DNA of 64,000 nucleotides from Octopus sinensis. Lineage: Eukaryota. Numbering within the stretch: the first letter of the stretch is position 1; the number at the start of each line of letters is the position of its first letter. The notes beneath the pieces are model-generated. The model worked only from the letters and a program-made list of their open reading frames with translations. It had not been told where the DNA came from and did no database searches. Positions 11,886 to 25,425 of this stretch are shown here, piece after piece. The DNA lies in the NCBI RefSeq assembly GCF_006345805.1, contig NC_043002.1, positions 8,370,001-8,434,000 on the forward strand, written 5' to 3'. A program made the translations under genes and the position numbers.

Positions 11886-12364
11886 GACAAGAAGATTCTT
11901 GAGAAGAAACAGCTAATTTTATACGTGAGGATGATCATTTTTTTTTATCAATTAAACAAATGCACTATTTATTTGACCTTCACTTTAGTTTCTATTTGTA
12001 TTATTTTTTTTTTGTTGTGACCTCATCCGTGGCTCTTTGTCCCATGACAGACATAAACTAAAAATAATATGAATAAAAACTAAATTGAAGATCAAATAGT
12101 GCATGTGCTTAATTGGCAAAAAAAAGACCATCAGCAAGAATAACAATATTATATATATATATATATATTGCTGATGAGGAGAAAATTCTTACGAATTAAC
12201 TCTGAAATTGGGACTGATATGATGATAACAGAATCTTTTAGAAATTTCTGTCGGCTTGCTTCGAGACGTGTACTTATAGTGATAAATTATATGGTTATTG
12301 ACGATTTATCTATTTTCGGCATATTTGGCATTAGAATTTTTTTCTTGTGCCCTTGTTTACAAGT

Positions 12365-12401
<37 letters not shown>

Positions 12402-13057
12402 AATCATCTATGGTGACGTGGAAAACAATGGAAGAGTGTCACTTTGGGTTGAAAAATGTTAAATATTAAACTGAATAGCTAACTATGCAGAAGCATGATG
12501 TAATACAAGTAAACTACAGTGATCTGATTTTCTCATGATAAATATAGTTCAAGGCAATGGAGAAAGTATATTTGTTTTTTTCCTTCTTCTTTTTCTTCTT
12601 TATTCAAACAACTGAAATAAATAGCTTTCAGTCAATCCTTGAAATTGAACTATAAAGTAGTTTGGTGAAAGTAAAATAACAAAACCTGTTTGTTAATAGT
12701 CATCCATAAATATTTCATGCTTCTTGTCAAATAGGAAAGTAATAAACTTTATAATTGGGCAGTGAACCAAATATTTATAATAAAAATTGTTTACTAATTT
12801 CTTGTACCTAATTAATTCTTAAAGGAAATAATTGCTTTTCTTTCTTTTTCTTCTTCTATTTTTGCTTTAGTTTGGAAAAAAATAAATATTCAACTCAATA
12901 TATTTGTACGATTTTTACCACAGCATTGAACAATAAATACATGTTTGAATGCTGAAATCTTGAAGCAAACTAAAAAAGTTCATAGAGACTCATAGAAAAA
13001 GAAAAAAGAAACATGAGAATTCAGTGGTAGATGAAAGCATGGCTTTCCATTGACCTT

Positions 13058-13264
13058 TTAACCCTTTAGTGTTCAGATTACTCTGTTAAATTGTTTTGAA
13101 TTAATCATGCATTACCTTATAGCTTTGAGGTTTCAATGATGTGATTGTTTATTTTTAGACTGCCAATGTAGGTTTGGTGTGAGAGGCTAGATATGGCCAG
13201 TTTGAATATAAAATATGTAAATATATTGGGCCAGATTTGGCCAGTTTAAACACTAAAGGGTTAA
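13058..13264. mobile_element. piggyBac-type MITE (TTAA ends)
   Basis: TTAA-CCCTTTAG...CTAAAGGG-TTAA; homologous to 10258-10487. Confidence 0.85.
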
Positions 13265-13466
13265 TAATGGATTTTCTTTTCAGGATTATTGCAGGGCTCA
13301 ACAACAAAGGATTTAGTTGGCATAAATGTGTGCAATGATTTATGAGTTTGGAGTATTGGGACAACTTCAATATCTATGCCTGGAATATTGTTACAAGCCG
13401 TTTTATGACAGCTTCAGTGTATTAATTCCTGAAAATAAATTGAATTAAATGGTCTGGTTTGAATTA

Positions 13467-14734
13467 TTGGGTCAGCCCATAAATAATGCATTTTTTTTAT
13501 ACTACTTTTATTTTTCAAAATTGAGATAAACAAAATTCATTTTTAATCTAAAATATACTCTCCTTCATTTTCTACAATGCTCTTCTATCTATCTGGTAGT
13601 CTTGCAAGGCCTCTCTTCCAAAATTCAATTGTCCATGACGAAAAATACTCCTTCAGTACTGTTCTGACCTCAGCTACAGAATTCATATTTTTTCCACCCA
13701 AATGATTTAGAAGACTATGAAATAAATGATAATCAGATGGAGCAATGTCTAGCAAATATGGTGGGTGGGGCATCGTTTCCCATTCAAACTGCTCCCAGAT
13801 TTTGGAATGTCATCCTTGCTGTATGTGACCAAGCATTATCCTGATTGAAGAACACCTTTCGTCTTGAAACCAAAGATGGTTATTTTCCTTCTAATGCTGA
13901 CTTAAACTGCTCAAGCTGCTCACAATAGATCTCCCTTGTTATCATTTGGTTTGGGTTTAAAAGTTCAAAGTGAACTAAAGCTTTCATTTCCCACCAAACA
14001 GATAACAACACCTTATGTGGATGAAGCCCTTCTTTAGCCTGGGGTGCTGTTTTCCTCTTTTCCCTATCCACTGTCTTCAACTCTTGACATTTTTATAGAG
14101 AACCCATTGCTCATCACCAGTCACTATTTGGTCCAAAAACGGTGGGACATGACAGCAAAGAAGAACACCTTTACTCTCTGCATGTAATTAGACTCAGAAA
14201 GTTTGTGAGGAGCCCATTGACCAAATTTGTTGACTCTGCTGATGGCATGCAGGTATCAATGAATGGTTGAATGACCAAACCCAAGCTTCTTTGCGAATTC
14301 CTCAATAGTTATGATGGGATTTTGTTCCACCAGGGCTTGCAGGACATACTTGTAGAGCTCTACAGATCTTCCAGGACAAGGCTCATCTTCTAGGCTGTAG
14401 TTTCCAGCTTGGAATTTCTGGAATCACCGTTGACACTGGGATATGCTTATTGTCCGATCCCATTATACTGGATTAATATTCCTTGCACTTTCCATTGTGT
14501 TGTTGCCTTTATTGAACACATATGCTGAATATGCTCCTTTGTCACTTCCATAATGGCTTTGAAAAAATAACTATTAAAATCGAACTGCACTTTCTAAAAT
14601 TTGCACTAAGAATAAGAACAAGGTAAAATTACTACCTGCTTTTATAGCAAGTTGATGCAGGTAGTTTATCTTGTCCCCCTCCGACTTTTAGTTCATGCAA
14701 TTGAAAAAACTATATTATTTATGGGATGACCCAA
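13467..14734 (-). mobile_element. Full-length decayed mariner transposon
   Basis: TIRs ttgggtcagcccataaataat / attatttatgggatgacccaa with TA on both sides; 1268 bp. Transposase pieces GLHPHKVLLSVWW and HPPYLLDIAPSDYHLF (YSPDLAPSDY motif). Confidence 0.92.
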
Positions 14735-15571
14735 TAGCTGTTGCTTTTCATTGCAACAGAGAAATATCTTGCTACAAATCTGTTCCATTTTATTCTCATT
14801 AATAAAAGTAAGGAAGTGGAGTGATGCACATGATATAATCTTTATACATTTAGTTAATTTGACTAGGAAGTAATTAAGGGCCTAAAGATGAGAAAGCCAA
14901 TATTTTTCAGTCAGGGCTTAAGGCAATTTACTCATGTATAAAAATTTTGCAATCACCTAACCACTGCTTACGTAGAACAAAAGATATTGAAGATAGCAAC
15001 ATAGATACTTTAGAGTGAGTAGGACTGTTGAGAAGAGAAACTTCAGAGGAGAAAGTATCATGATATTCAGAGAAAAAAATTGTTATATTATCTGATTAAT
15101 TTTCAAGTTTTGGTCTTCTATTCAATTGACCACTTCCTTGCATTCAACTTTCCATTAAAAACATCATTTCACAAGAATTTAAGAGGGAATGGAAGAGTTA
15201 GGTTAGTTCAGCGATGTTAATGTCTGCCTTAAAGCAAGGGATAAATTCGCAATTAATAAAAAAAAAAGCACCAAAAATTAGTTAAGCCATTTGGTTATAT
15301 AGAATATATCCTGCAACAAAGTGTCTTTTTATATATTTCAGAAAATCTAAACATATATTATTTTATCAATGAAACAGATTTCAGACAATTGTTTGCTTAA
15401 TATTTCACAATTTGATAGTTTAAATATTTTCCTGAAAATAAAATAAATTCCATTGAAATGGAGAAGTGGAGGAACAACATTTATTTTGCTTTCCCCAAAC
15501 TTAAATTTATAATGAAAGTCGTTGCTGTAAATTAATACAGAATGACAAAAAGTAATCATTCGATATCTTAC

Positions 15572-16395
15572 CTTGGAACACTATCCAAAGTGCCTGGAGT
15601 GTCGACTTGAGGAAGCGTTTGTGAGGAGGTTAACTTGTAATTTTGCACTGTGTGGGATAATGTTACAGGAACGGTAACTGTTCGGGTTATAGACTTTTTG
15701 GAAGAGTACAAGCGAGAAAACAATTTGTCTTTGTTGCCAGATGTATCACAGTCATTTGGGTCTGGACGAAGAGTTAAGCTTTTGGGTAAAGACGTCACAA
15801 CATGGTGAGATAAATCCTCTGTAATATAACCATCATTAAATAATTGTTCTTGGTACTCTTCCATATCTTGTGACGACATGTTGCTGATTGGAGAAATCTG
15901 GGTAACAATTTCACCTTTTGTAGGCAGTGATGCACGACGAGGTTGGATTTTGGGGCTTGTTGGTAGACTGGCACATATTGCATGCCAGGAAGCAGTTTTC
16001 TTTTCTGATTGACTTGGAGGAAGTAATAAATAATTTTCATCCAGATCTGTCACTGAAGATTTCACAATACAGTTGCAAGGACTATCAGAATTTGCTAAAG
16101 ATTTTGTTTGACGTTGAGACTTGGCCCTTTTCAAAGCCAGCTTCCGGGACTTTAATTTACACTGGGCTTCTTCACAACGGGCTATTGTCTTCTGACATTG
16201 ACTGATGAGTTTCTCATTCTGTAACTCCTTTGCCTGTTGCAGAGTCTCTTTAAACAACTCATCACTGATTGGAGGATGGTCCTGCATAAACAGTTCCATG
16301 CTTCTAATCATGTTGTCTAACTTCTCCACACTTGAGCAATTTTCTGTCTTCATGTTTACGATAAACTTCATGGATTCCAAAGCCCAATTATAGGC
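15572..16395 (-). CDS. Internal coding exon (824 nt, phase 0 to phase 2) of a spectrin-repeat RhoGEF-like gene, probably PLEKHG4/puratrophin-1-like
   Basis: Open frame AYNWALESMKF...HPPISDELF...QCQKTIARCEEAQCKLKSRKLALKRA followed by a Ser/Thr-rich linker. Acceptor ttttcttttcag|GCC and donor CCAAG|gtaaga. Family assignment is from recalled similarity only. Confidence 0.8.
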
Positions 16396-17494
16396 CTGAA
16401 AAGAAAAGAAAAAAGTGTTATAAATAGCTGAAATTTGAAGGAACATAAGAAGGAAAAAGAAAAGGAAGAAAAAATTGCTAGAAAATTATATTCCTTTGGT
16501 TAAAATAAATACAGAATAAAACTGTAATAAACAAGTTAATTGAAAGAAAGTGAAATATTTCATGTAAAGTGTGCCTGATTTGGCTACACTTGCCCCCATA
16601 TCTCACAAGATATTTCCTTGGGATCCAGTTCAGAAGAATCAGAAGAGGTAATTTTTTTCCCCTACATCTGAATCCAGTTTTAATCTAATTTATCTCTGCT
16701 TTTTGTCTCCTATTCCCACTCTCTTCCCCATTTTCTCTTCAGTAATTTTTTTTTTGGTTTTTATTTCAGTCGTTTAATAATGATGAGTTCAAGCCAAGGG
16801 AGGCACCCAAGTGGAGCTTACAGCTTTTTGAAACCCCCCAGATATGCCATGGGTGATGTTTCTTCCCGTCTTGAGGCAAGTCTTGACTCCTTGACTTATG
16901 AGCTATAGACCGGCTTAAGCCTGGCCTTCATGTGAAACAGACAATAATTGATAAATCGAAATTGGACAGAGAAAAAGGCAGAACAAAGCTTCCCACGCTG
17001 TTTATGGACTCAAATCAAGGCACAAGCACATTCTGGCCAAAGCCCTAAGCTGTAATATGAGGCTTCCCTTTGCTTCTAAGGGCTCTTACAGTGAAAATTA
17101 TGAAGATTTTGGTATCTTAGTTGGGTTTTATTTGACTCAATAGAGTTTGTACATGTTTTTACTCATTTTCAATAAAGATGCAACGTTTTTGTGGATTTTT
17201 CAAACGTTTTTTTCTGACTGAAAATGGTGAAAATGCAGTATTTTTTGGATACTGTATTTTGAAGTTTTTTGGAACAGTTTCCTCAAAAAATGGTTAAAAC
17301 TGGGGAGATGGATTTTTTTGTCAGTTATTAAGCTCTCACTATCTCAATTACACCAAAGTCATTAACTACAAAAGTGTGGGAAATCAACCTGCCCTAATGC
17401 ACACTAATGTTGCATATCTACTGGAGCATACTAGCTTCATTCTTCTCAAGTCAATGCATGCCTTCTACATTCAGAGCCCATGTCTCACTACCAT

Positions 17495-17675
17495 GCTCGA
17501 ATGGTGTCTTTTACATGCCACCGGCATGGAGGCCAGATGGCCGCTCTGGCAATGATCACGCTCGGATGGTGCTCTTAATACCCTACTAGCACGGTGCTCG
17601 AGTGCCAGTAATGCAATGCTGGTAACGATCATGCTCGAATGGTGCCCTTTAAGTGCCACTGGCATGGAAGCCGGT
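17495..17675 (-). mobile_element. Family C internal module fragment
   Basis: gatcacgctcggatggtgctc...gctcgaatggtgccc modules as at 29480-29600 and 32150-32360. Confidence 0.65.
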
Positions 17676-17986
17676 TAGAAATAAACTACTTTTACATAGC
17701 TAAGTTAAGTCACCATAATACCTGATTTCTTCATAAATTCTAACACTCTCTTTCAGTGCTTGCTATTATTCTAAATTTATTTATTAAGCAACTGAATGCT
17801 ATGAGACAAATATAGGCGACAAAGGAAAGTTAGACAAAACATATCAGGAAAATTGTACAAACTGGGAATCAACAATGTAAATATTATTTGCTGACTAGCA
17901 GAAAACTTGCTTCTCTGGAATTCATTAAACAAATAGCTTTTAATAAAATAAAATTTTTAAAATATAGTAACATAAATATAGTAACA

Positions 17987-18400
17987 GGCGTAGGAGTGGC
18001 TGTGTGGTAAGTAGCTTGCTTACCAACCACATGGTTCCGGGTTCAGTTCCACTGCGTGGCACCTTGGGCAAGTGTCTTCTACTATAGTGTTGGGCGGATC
18101 AAAGCCTTGTGAGTGGATTTGGTAGACGGAAACTGAAAGAAGCCTGTCGTATATATATATGTATATATATATATGTATTATGTGTGTGTATTTGTTTGTG
18201 TGTCTGTGTTTGTCCCTTCAACATCACTTGACAACCGATGGTGGTATGTTTACATCCCTGTAACTTAGCGGTTCGGCAAAAGGGACTGATAGAATAAGTA
18301 CTATGCTTATAATGAATAAGTCCTGGGGTCAATTTGCTTCACTAAAAGCGGTGCTCCAGCATGGCCACAGTAAAATGACTGAAACAAGTAAAAGAGTAAA
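17987..18400 (+). mobile_element. SINE family A
   Basis: Complete head-to-tail copy. Confidence 0.9.
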
Positions 18401-18999
18401 AGAGTATACCAGAAAAATTACACAAACTGGAAATCAAATGCATAAATATCAAGTAGCAACCAGCAGAAAAGCCCTCAGAGGGAAATCTTTCTGCTTGCAT
18501 TATCAATTGAAAGAGTCTCAAAATTAGATTAATACGTGACATAAATTCATGTTTACATGTCTGAGACTGAGCACTCTTACTATCTCCTCCACCCTCTCCC
18601 TCTCTTTGCTATTACCTATGAAAGGCTGTCAATGTTGAATTGTCTGTGTCCTCTTTCTCTCTCTCACACACAAACTACTGCCACAGTCCCTGTTCTTTTG
18701 AATTTGATTAAGATGTAATAACACCTTAAACAAGCAAGTTAGTAAGTAAGTCAAATATTTTCTGAACCACAGATTGTTTATGCCAATCTTTCATTTCCAG
18801 TTGATCTCTAAAGGCTGAATAAACTGACAAAAGTACATTCATGTTGTTGCTCAATCTGCAAGAAATAGTAACCAAATCTCTCTCAAATTACACCCTCTCA
18901 CTTCCAGCAAAAGAAAAAGAAAAAGAAAGAAGTTTCAGGTATGGAAGTATTGTCTAGAATCGAAGGGCCTTAGATTTAACTTAGCAAAAACCTATTTCT

Positions 19000-19130
19000 T
19001 TACTACCCACAAAGGGCTAAACACAGAGGGGACAAGCAAGGACAGACAAACGGATTAAGTCAATTACATCGACCCCAGTGCGTAACTGGTACTTATTTAA
19101 TCGACCACAAAAGGATGAAAGGCAAAAAAG
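19000..19130 (-). mobile_element. SINE family B fragment
   Basis: cccacaaagggctaaacacagagggg...gaccccagtgcgtaactggtac. Confidence 0.75.
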
Positions 19131-19505
19131 TCTTAGTAAGCAGGAAGGCAGACAAATCACAAATCCCTTCAGGTGGATGGCTCTGCTCAATCTGTAGAAA
19201 AAGCATAGGTAGAAATTCCATAAGATGCCCCTGGTGTAAGCTATGGGCACATAAGAAGTGCAGCAATATCATAGGAAGGTTAACAGGGAAAATAGCCTTT
19301 GTGTGTGGAAAATGCACAAGTACAATAAACACCGAAAATGTGCAGAAATAGACTCCATCAACTGCCAGGTAGGTAAGCTAGAGGTAGTAGATAGCTTCCA
19401 TTAGCTAAGTGACCAAATTTGTAGCAGAGATGGATGCTCTGAGTACATAGCTGTGAGAATAAGAATAGGCTGGGCAAAGTTCAAAGAACTCCTACCTCTG
19501 CTGGC
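19125..19505 (+). pseudogene. RTE-clade LINE fragment (Cys-rich insert within the RT region)
   Basis: SGGWLCSICRKSIGRNSIRCPWCKLWAHKKCSNIIGRLTGKIAFVCGKC, then a decayed RIRIGWAKFKELLPL-like segment. Confidence 0.75.
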
Positions 19506-19707
19506 ACATGTTTAAAAATTAAAGAATTAACAAAGTCAGATTTGTTTTAGTTCTCTCTGAGGTCAAATCCAGCTATGGTCAACTTTTCCTTTCATCTTTT
19601 TGGGGTTGATAAACAAAGAACCAGTCCGGTTGGTATTGGCTGAGATGTTTTGGCACAAGGCCAGTAACCTCAGGGGATGGGTTAAGTTGATTATATGGAT
19701 CCCAGTA

Positions 19708-19915
19708 AGGCGGCGAGCTGGCAGAAACGTTAGCACGCCGGGCAAAATGCTTATCGGTATTTCGTCTGCCGTTACGTTCTGAGTTCAAATTCCGCCGAGG
19801 TCGAATTTGCCTTTCATCCTTTCGGGATCAATAACTAAAGTACTAGTTTCGCACTGGGGTCGATATAATTGACTTAATCCGTTTGTCTGTCCTTGTTTGT
19901 AGTAAAGAAATAGGT
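19708..19915 (+). mobile_element. SINE family B (tRNA-like head, Deu/Nin-like core)
   Basis: aaggcggcgagctggcagaaacgttagc...gttctgagttcaaattcc...gcctttcatcctttcggg. The Deu/Nin label is from recall. Confidence 0.85.
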
Positions 19916-20634
19916 ACTTATTTTATTGACCCCAAAAGGATGATAGACAAAGTCAACCTCAGTGGAATTTGAACTCAGAATGTAAAGACTGATGAAATAT
20001 CGCTGCCAATGCTTCTGCCAGCTCACCACTTTTCTCCTGACTAAAATATTAAAAAAAAAAAAGAAAAATACCATTATTTTTTGTATGAAAGTTAAGGGTA
20101 GGGTGGTGAAAATCCTTTGAGTAATTTCAATCAGTCCATGAAATACTTGCCAATTCTCTATCTGCTGCTGATTCCAACAGAGAACTATCACTGTAAACTG
20201 TCTACTTACACCATGCTCTTCACATTGAGAGTTCAGTTGTTTAGACATGGATATTTATCCATGTGTCAGTTGTAGGGTAGAAACTGCCATCCTGTCATCT
20301 GTATTCTTTTAACTTGATTCTTTTAATTTGTCTATCTAATGGGCTAATGGTGAGGGGGAAGCAACCATGTGCCCGTTTAAGTTGCCAAAAATGGCAGCCA
20401 AATCTTACTTAATTCATGCTCTGCTGTTTTGAAAGCAGAAGTAGAAGGATATGTTGGTTAGTGTAGATTCTAATATACAAATAGATGGAACGTCATGGAT
20501 GGAATGTCTTTGATCATACACGTAGATAGTTAACACGAAGCTAAACATCAAATCAAAAATAACAACAACAACTTGACTATCTACAAACCAATGAGAGGAG
20601 CCTCTATGTGGTTGCTAGATCTCTCTCTCTTTCT

Positions 20635-21030
20635 CTCTTTTACTTGTTTCAGTCATTTGACTGTGGCCATGCTGGAGCACTGCCGTTAGTCGAGCAAATC
20701 AACCCCAGGACTTATTCTTTGTAAGCCTAGTACTTATTCTATCAGTCTCTTTTGCTGAACTGCTAAGTTACAGGGACGTAAACACACCAGCATCGGTTGT
20801 CAAGTGATGTTGGGGTGATAAACACAGACACACAAATGTATACACACACATACATACACATATACACGATGGACTTCCTTCAGTTTCCGTCTACCAAATC
20901 CACTCACAAGGCTTTGGTCGGCTCGAGGCTATAGTAGAAAAAACTTACCCAAGGTGCCACGCAGTGGGACTGAACCCGGAACCATGTGGTTGGTAAGCAA
21001 GCTACTTACCACACAGCCACTCCTACACCT
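20635..21030 (-). mobile_element. SINE family A
   Basis: Complete reverse copy. Confidence 0.9.
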
Positions 21031-21324
21031 ACTGCTAGAAATAATTACCAAATATCCCTTAAATCACACCCAAATGCCTTGAAAATAGAGGGGCACATGG
21101 TGTAATGCAGCAGCTGATGTACAAGTAAATGGAATGGTAATAGCTGGAACATCTTGGATCATACAGAAGTCAGTTCTGAAAAAGCTTCTGTATAATTGCT
21201 TGACTAGCTAAAAATAGCAGCCAAATCTCCCTTACATCACACACAAAGCTCTAAGGAAGGAAGTGAACATCTTAGTTTATAAAATATCCCTGGAAAGATG
21301 TGTTTGAGCATGTGTTCTTGCTGC

Positions 21325-21690
21325 TTGTATGTTTGTTTGTTGAGCAAAGCGGTCTTCTCTGTAGTATAAGAGCAGTCCAAAACGTGGTCCTTTGCTATTC
21401 GTAAGACCCGCAGAAGAGAAAGCAGATCAACATCAGACACCGAGAGCATCGACAGATGGATGAATGCGCATCCAGGCTCAGCGGTTGTGTAGGAAGTCGG
21501 GGACAAGAAACAGGAAGAAAGAGTGAGAGAAAGTTGGAGCGAAAGAGTACAACAGGGGTTGCAGGAACCTCGTGGAGCTTTAGGTGTTTTCACTCAATAA
21601 ACACACACAACGCCCGGTCTGGGAATCGAAACCGCGATCCTCCAACTGCGAGTTCGCTGCCCTAACCACCGGGTCATTACACCTCCACTG
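21325..21690 (-). mobile_element. tRNA-derived SINE family E
   Basis: Minus-strand head gacccggtggttagggcagcg...ggtttcgattccc (A- and B-box-like) and (CAAA)n tail; homolog at 26465-26690. Confidence 0.8.
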
Positions 21691-22259
21691 TTCTTGCTGC
21701 TCAGTCAAAGTTAACCTGGGGTTAAACAACACAAGTACAAGAAAGAGGGTTGAGAGAGAGAGAGAGAGGGAGAGAGAGAAAAAGAGTGGAATGGGGGCAC
21801 AGAGGCACAGACAGATTTTCATCGATAATCTGTGCAGATATTTTGTACTTATTGAAAATTGATTTCTCGCTGAATGCAATGTTGACTGTTTATAATGGGA
21901 ACTAAAAACATTGAGAGTATATAATTAAGGGAAAATAACACAGACTTCCCCTTTTCTTTTGTTTTTTTTTTTTTTGATTGCTTGTTTGCTGGCAACAATA
22001 ACAACAACAACACGTGCAGTGATAACGATGAACAGAGCAATGGCAACTATAATAAACGATAACACAAATAATAAGATGGAATTCAAAGACCCTTTCATCA
22101 TCATTGATTATTGATATCATCATATTGATTATTCATATAATCATCATCATCATCATCAAGACTGTCATAACTTATCATCATCATTATTATTATTATTTAC
22201 TTTTAATCTGCATTATCATTGTTGGTGTTGTTATTATTATTATTATTATTGTTATTATT

Positions 22260-23130
22260 AAGGCAGTGAGCTGGCAAAAATCATTAGCATGCCAGGCAGA
22301 ATGCTTAGCGGCATTCTGTCCGTCTTTACTCTCTGGGTTCAAATTCTGCCGAGGTTGACTATACCTATTTCTTTATTACCCATAGAGGAGACAAACAAGG
22401 ACAGACAAACAGATTAAGTTGATTACATTGACCCCAGTGCTTAACTGGTACTTAATTTATCGACCCCGAAAAGATGAAAGGCAAAGTCGACCTCGGCGAA
22501 ATTTGAACTCAGAACGTAGTGGCAGATGAAAACCTATTTCTTTACTACCAACAAGGGGCTAAACACAGAGGAGACAAACAAGGACAGACAAAGGGATTAA
22601 GTTGTTTAATTTTGACCCCTAGTGCTTAACTGGTACTTAATTTATCGACCCCGAAAGGATGAAAGGCAAAGTCGACCTCGGCGGAATTTGAACTCACAAC
22701 GTAACGGCAGATGAAATACTGCTAAGCATTTCGCCCGACGTGCTAACATTTCTGCCAGCTCGCCGCCTAATATTGACTATATCATTATATTGACTATATA
22801 TCATTCATCTTTTCAGGATCAATAAAATTAGTAGCACTAAGTACAGAATTTCCCGGAATTTCAGGCCTTGTGCTGGTAGTAGAAAGTATATTATTATTAG
22901 TGAGCTGGCAGAACCATTAGCACGCCGGGCAAAAGGCTTAGCGGTATTTCGTCTGCCGCTGCGTTCTGAGTTCAAATTCTGCAGAGGTCGACTTTACCTT
23001 TCATCCTTTCGGGGTCGATAAATTAAGTACCAGTTACGCACTGGGGTTGATGTAATCGATTTAATCCATTTGTCTGTACTTGTTTGTCCCCTCTATGTTT
23101 AGCCCCTTGTGGGTAGTAAAGAAATAGGCA
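22260..23130. mobile_element. Cluster of family B SINEs in opposite orientations
   Basis: Plus copy 22260-22360, two-unit minus copy 22365-22770, plus copy 22900-23130. Confidence 0.85.
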
Positions 23131-23434
23131 TTTTGCCCATTGCTTAATTCTGAGTTCAAATTCCTGTCAACCTTTCAAGGCCGATAAAGTACCAGCGAAA
23201 CACTGGGGTTGATGTGTTTGACTTTGTTTAATTTTTTTTTCATTATTTCTTCATGTAACAAGAAAACCTGAAGTTTATAAATAAAGAAGTAAAAAATGGA
23301 AGACACAATAATGCTGACAAAGTGGAAGTTGTTTTTGCTGTTTAACCCTAGGCTGAACCTGAATTAGAGGAAAAGCTATGTTCATAATAATTCTAGTTAT
23401 AATCATCTTGTCCTTTTGGACTATACTAACTCTT

Positions 23435-23565
23435 TTTTTTTATTTGTTACAGTCATTTGACCGTGGCCATGCTGGAGCACTGCCTTTAGTCGAGCAAATC
23501 GACCCCAGGACTTATTCTTTGTAAGCCTAGTACTTATTCTATTGGTCTCTTTTGCTGAACCGCTG
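23435..23565 (-). mobile_element. SINE family A 3' fragment
   Basis: Tail sequence only. Confidence 0.8.
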
Positions 23566-23629
23566 TGTGTGTATGTATGTACGTACCTACATACACACAC
23601 GTATGTATGTATATAGTATATATATAAAA

Positions 23630-23990
23630 ATACAAAATGGGACAAGAACGCAAAACATTCAAATAGACGACACAAAAAACACGGATGGGACATTCGAAGC
23701 CTCTAATCTTCAATCAAGACCGGATCATCCTCGCAATTTCAGCTGATTAATCTTGAGATTGCTCCAATCTGGCCAGCCCCAAGGAAAAACTAAGCTAAGA
23801 GCATTAGATTTCTTGGAAAAAGGATCGAATTTATACGAAACAAGGACAGAAAAACAGACGATGTTACATGAATATAAATACAAAAAAAAACAAAAAATAA
23901 TACGAATATAAATGCAAAAAACAAGAAGAAGAATAATAACAGGACATAACAACAGGCGTCTTTTGACTAGAGACAAATTGAATTCAGCTA
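23630..23990. mobile_element. Interspersed repeat family F
   Basis: Shares gagattgctccaatctggccagccccaaggaaaaactaagctaagagcattagatt with 51076-51330; sits beside TA/CA microsatellite. Confidence 0.75.
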
Positions 23991-24419
23991 GTGTATATAT
24001 ACATACATAAATAGAATCAGTAAAATACATAAAAAATACATATTTCATGCTTTATAAAGCATACATATATTTTGGCAAATTACTTTCAGGATTACATAAT
24101 TGCTTGAAACATGTAGGAGTGTAGTGTGGGACTTGTTAGTGAACCTGGTGTAACTTGACCAAAATAACACACACACACACTTATAAGTTAGCAGTGAATC
24201 CCCATCTCTCTCTCTGTCACCACATCCTTGACATGCACACGGCCGGAGGCAAAGGCAATTAGTAGAAGCAGTACTTTCACTATGTCTGAATTTCACTGAA
24301 ATACTGATAGGTGGTTTAGTTCGTTGAACTATGGCTTTTATGCACTGTTATGGAAACACTAACGGGTCACTTAACTGAAAGCTGAGTAGAAATATGCTTA
24401 TGTATGTATGCATATATAT

Positions 24420-24783
24420 GGCATAGGAGTGGCTGTGTGGTAAGTAGCTTGCTTACGAACCACATGGTTCCGGGTTCAGTCCCATTACGTGACAACTTGG
24501 GCAAATGTCTTATACTATAGCCTCGGGGCCAACCAAAGCCTTGTGAGTGGATTTGGTAGACGGAAACTGAAAGAAGCCCGTCGTATATATGTATGTGTGT
24601 CTGTGTTTGTCCCCCCCAACATCGCTTGACAACTGATGGTTGTGTGTTTACGTCGGTTCGGCAAAAGAGACCGATAGAATAAGTACTAGGCTTATAAAGT
24701 CCTGGAGTCAATTTGCTTGACTAAAGGCGGTGCTCCAGCATGGCCACAGTCAAATGATTGAAACAAGTAAAAGAGTAAAAGAG
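24420..24783 (+). mobile_element. SINE family A
   Basis: Complete copy. Confidence 0.9.
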
Positions 24784-25189
24784 AATATATGTATGCGTGC
24801 ATCCCCCCCCCACACCAACATACATATGTACATGCAGCTACACTAGGATATATCAATATATCACACCTGCTTACCTAAATATCAGATTAGCATGTTAACA
24901 AAAACATATATACAGACACGCATCTGCGCACACACTCACACACACACCCATACACTCACAAGCATATACTACACTAGCATACATCACACCCACACACATA
25001 AATACCACATCTGCCATACTAGCACACCTGCACACATAAATAACAAAAACACACATTCACACTCACTCACACGTTCATGCATACACACACACGTTCATGC
25101 ATACACACACACGTTCATGCATACACACACACTTTTATATGCTCTTCCAGACAAACCCACATGCAAACAGGCACACTTGTGAACACATA

Positions 25190-25425
25190 CCTATTTCTTT
25201 ATTACTCACAAGGGGCTAAACATAGAAGGGACAAACAAGGACAGACACACAGATTAAGTTGATTACATCGACCCCAGTGCGCAACTGGTACTTAATTTAT
25301 CAACCCCAAAAGGATGAAAGGTAAAATTGACCTCGGCGGAATTTGAACTCAGAACGTAGCGGCAGACAAAACACCACTAAGCATTTCGCCCGGCGTGCTA
25401 ACGATTCTGCCAGCTCGCCGCCTTA
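25190..25425 (-). mobile_element. SINE family B
   Basis: Complete reverse copy. Confidence 0.88.

Noticed and set aside
12165-12210. CTGATGA-GGAGAAAATTCTTAC-GAAT hammerhead-like string between TA tracts
   Set aside because: GAAA is broken and no stem I or III is found; at best a dead remnant.
21600-21690. tRNA-like sequence with A and B boxes
   Set aside because: It is a SINE head continuing into the SINE body, with no complete cloverleaf; the same applies to family A and B heads.
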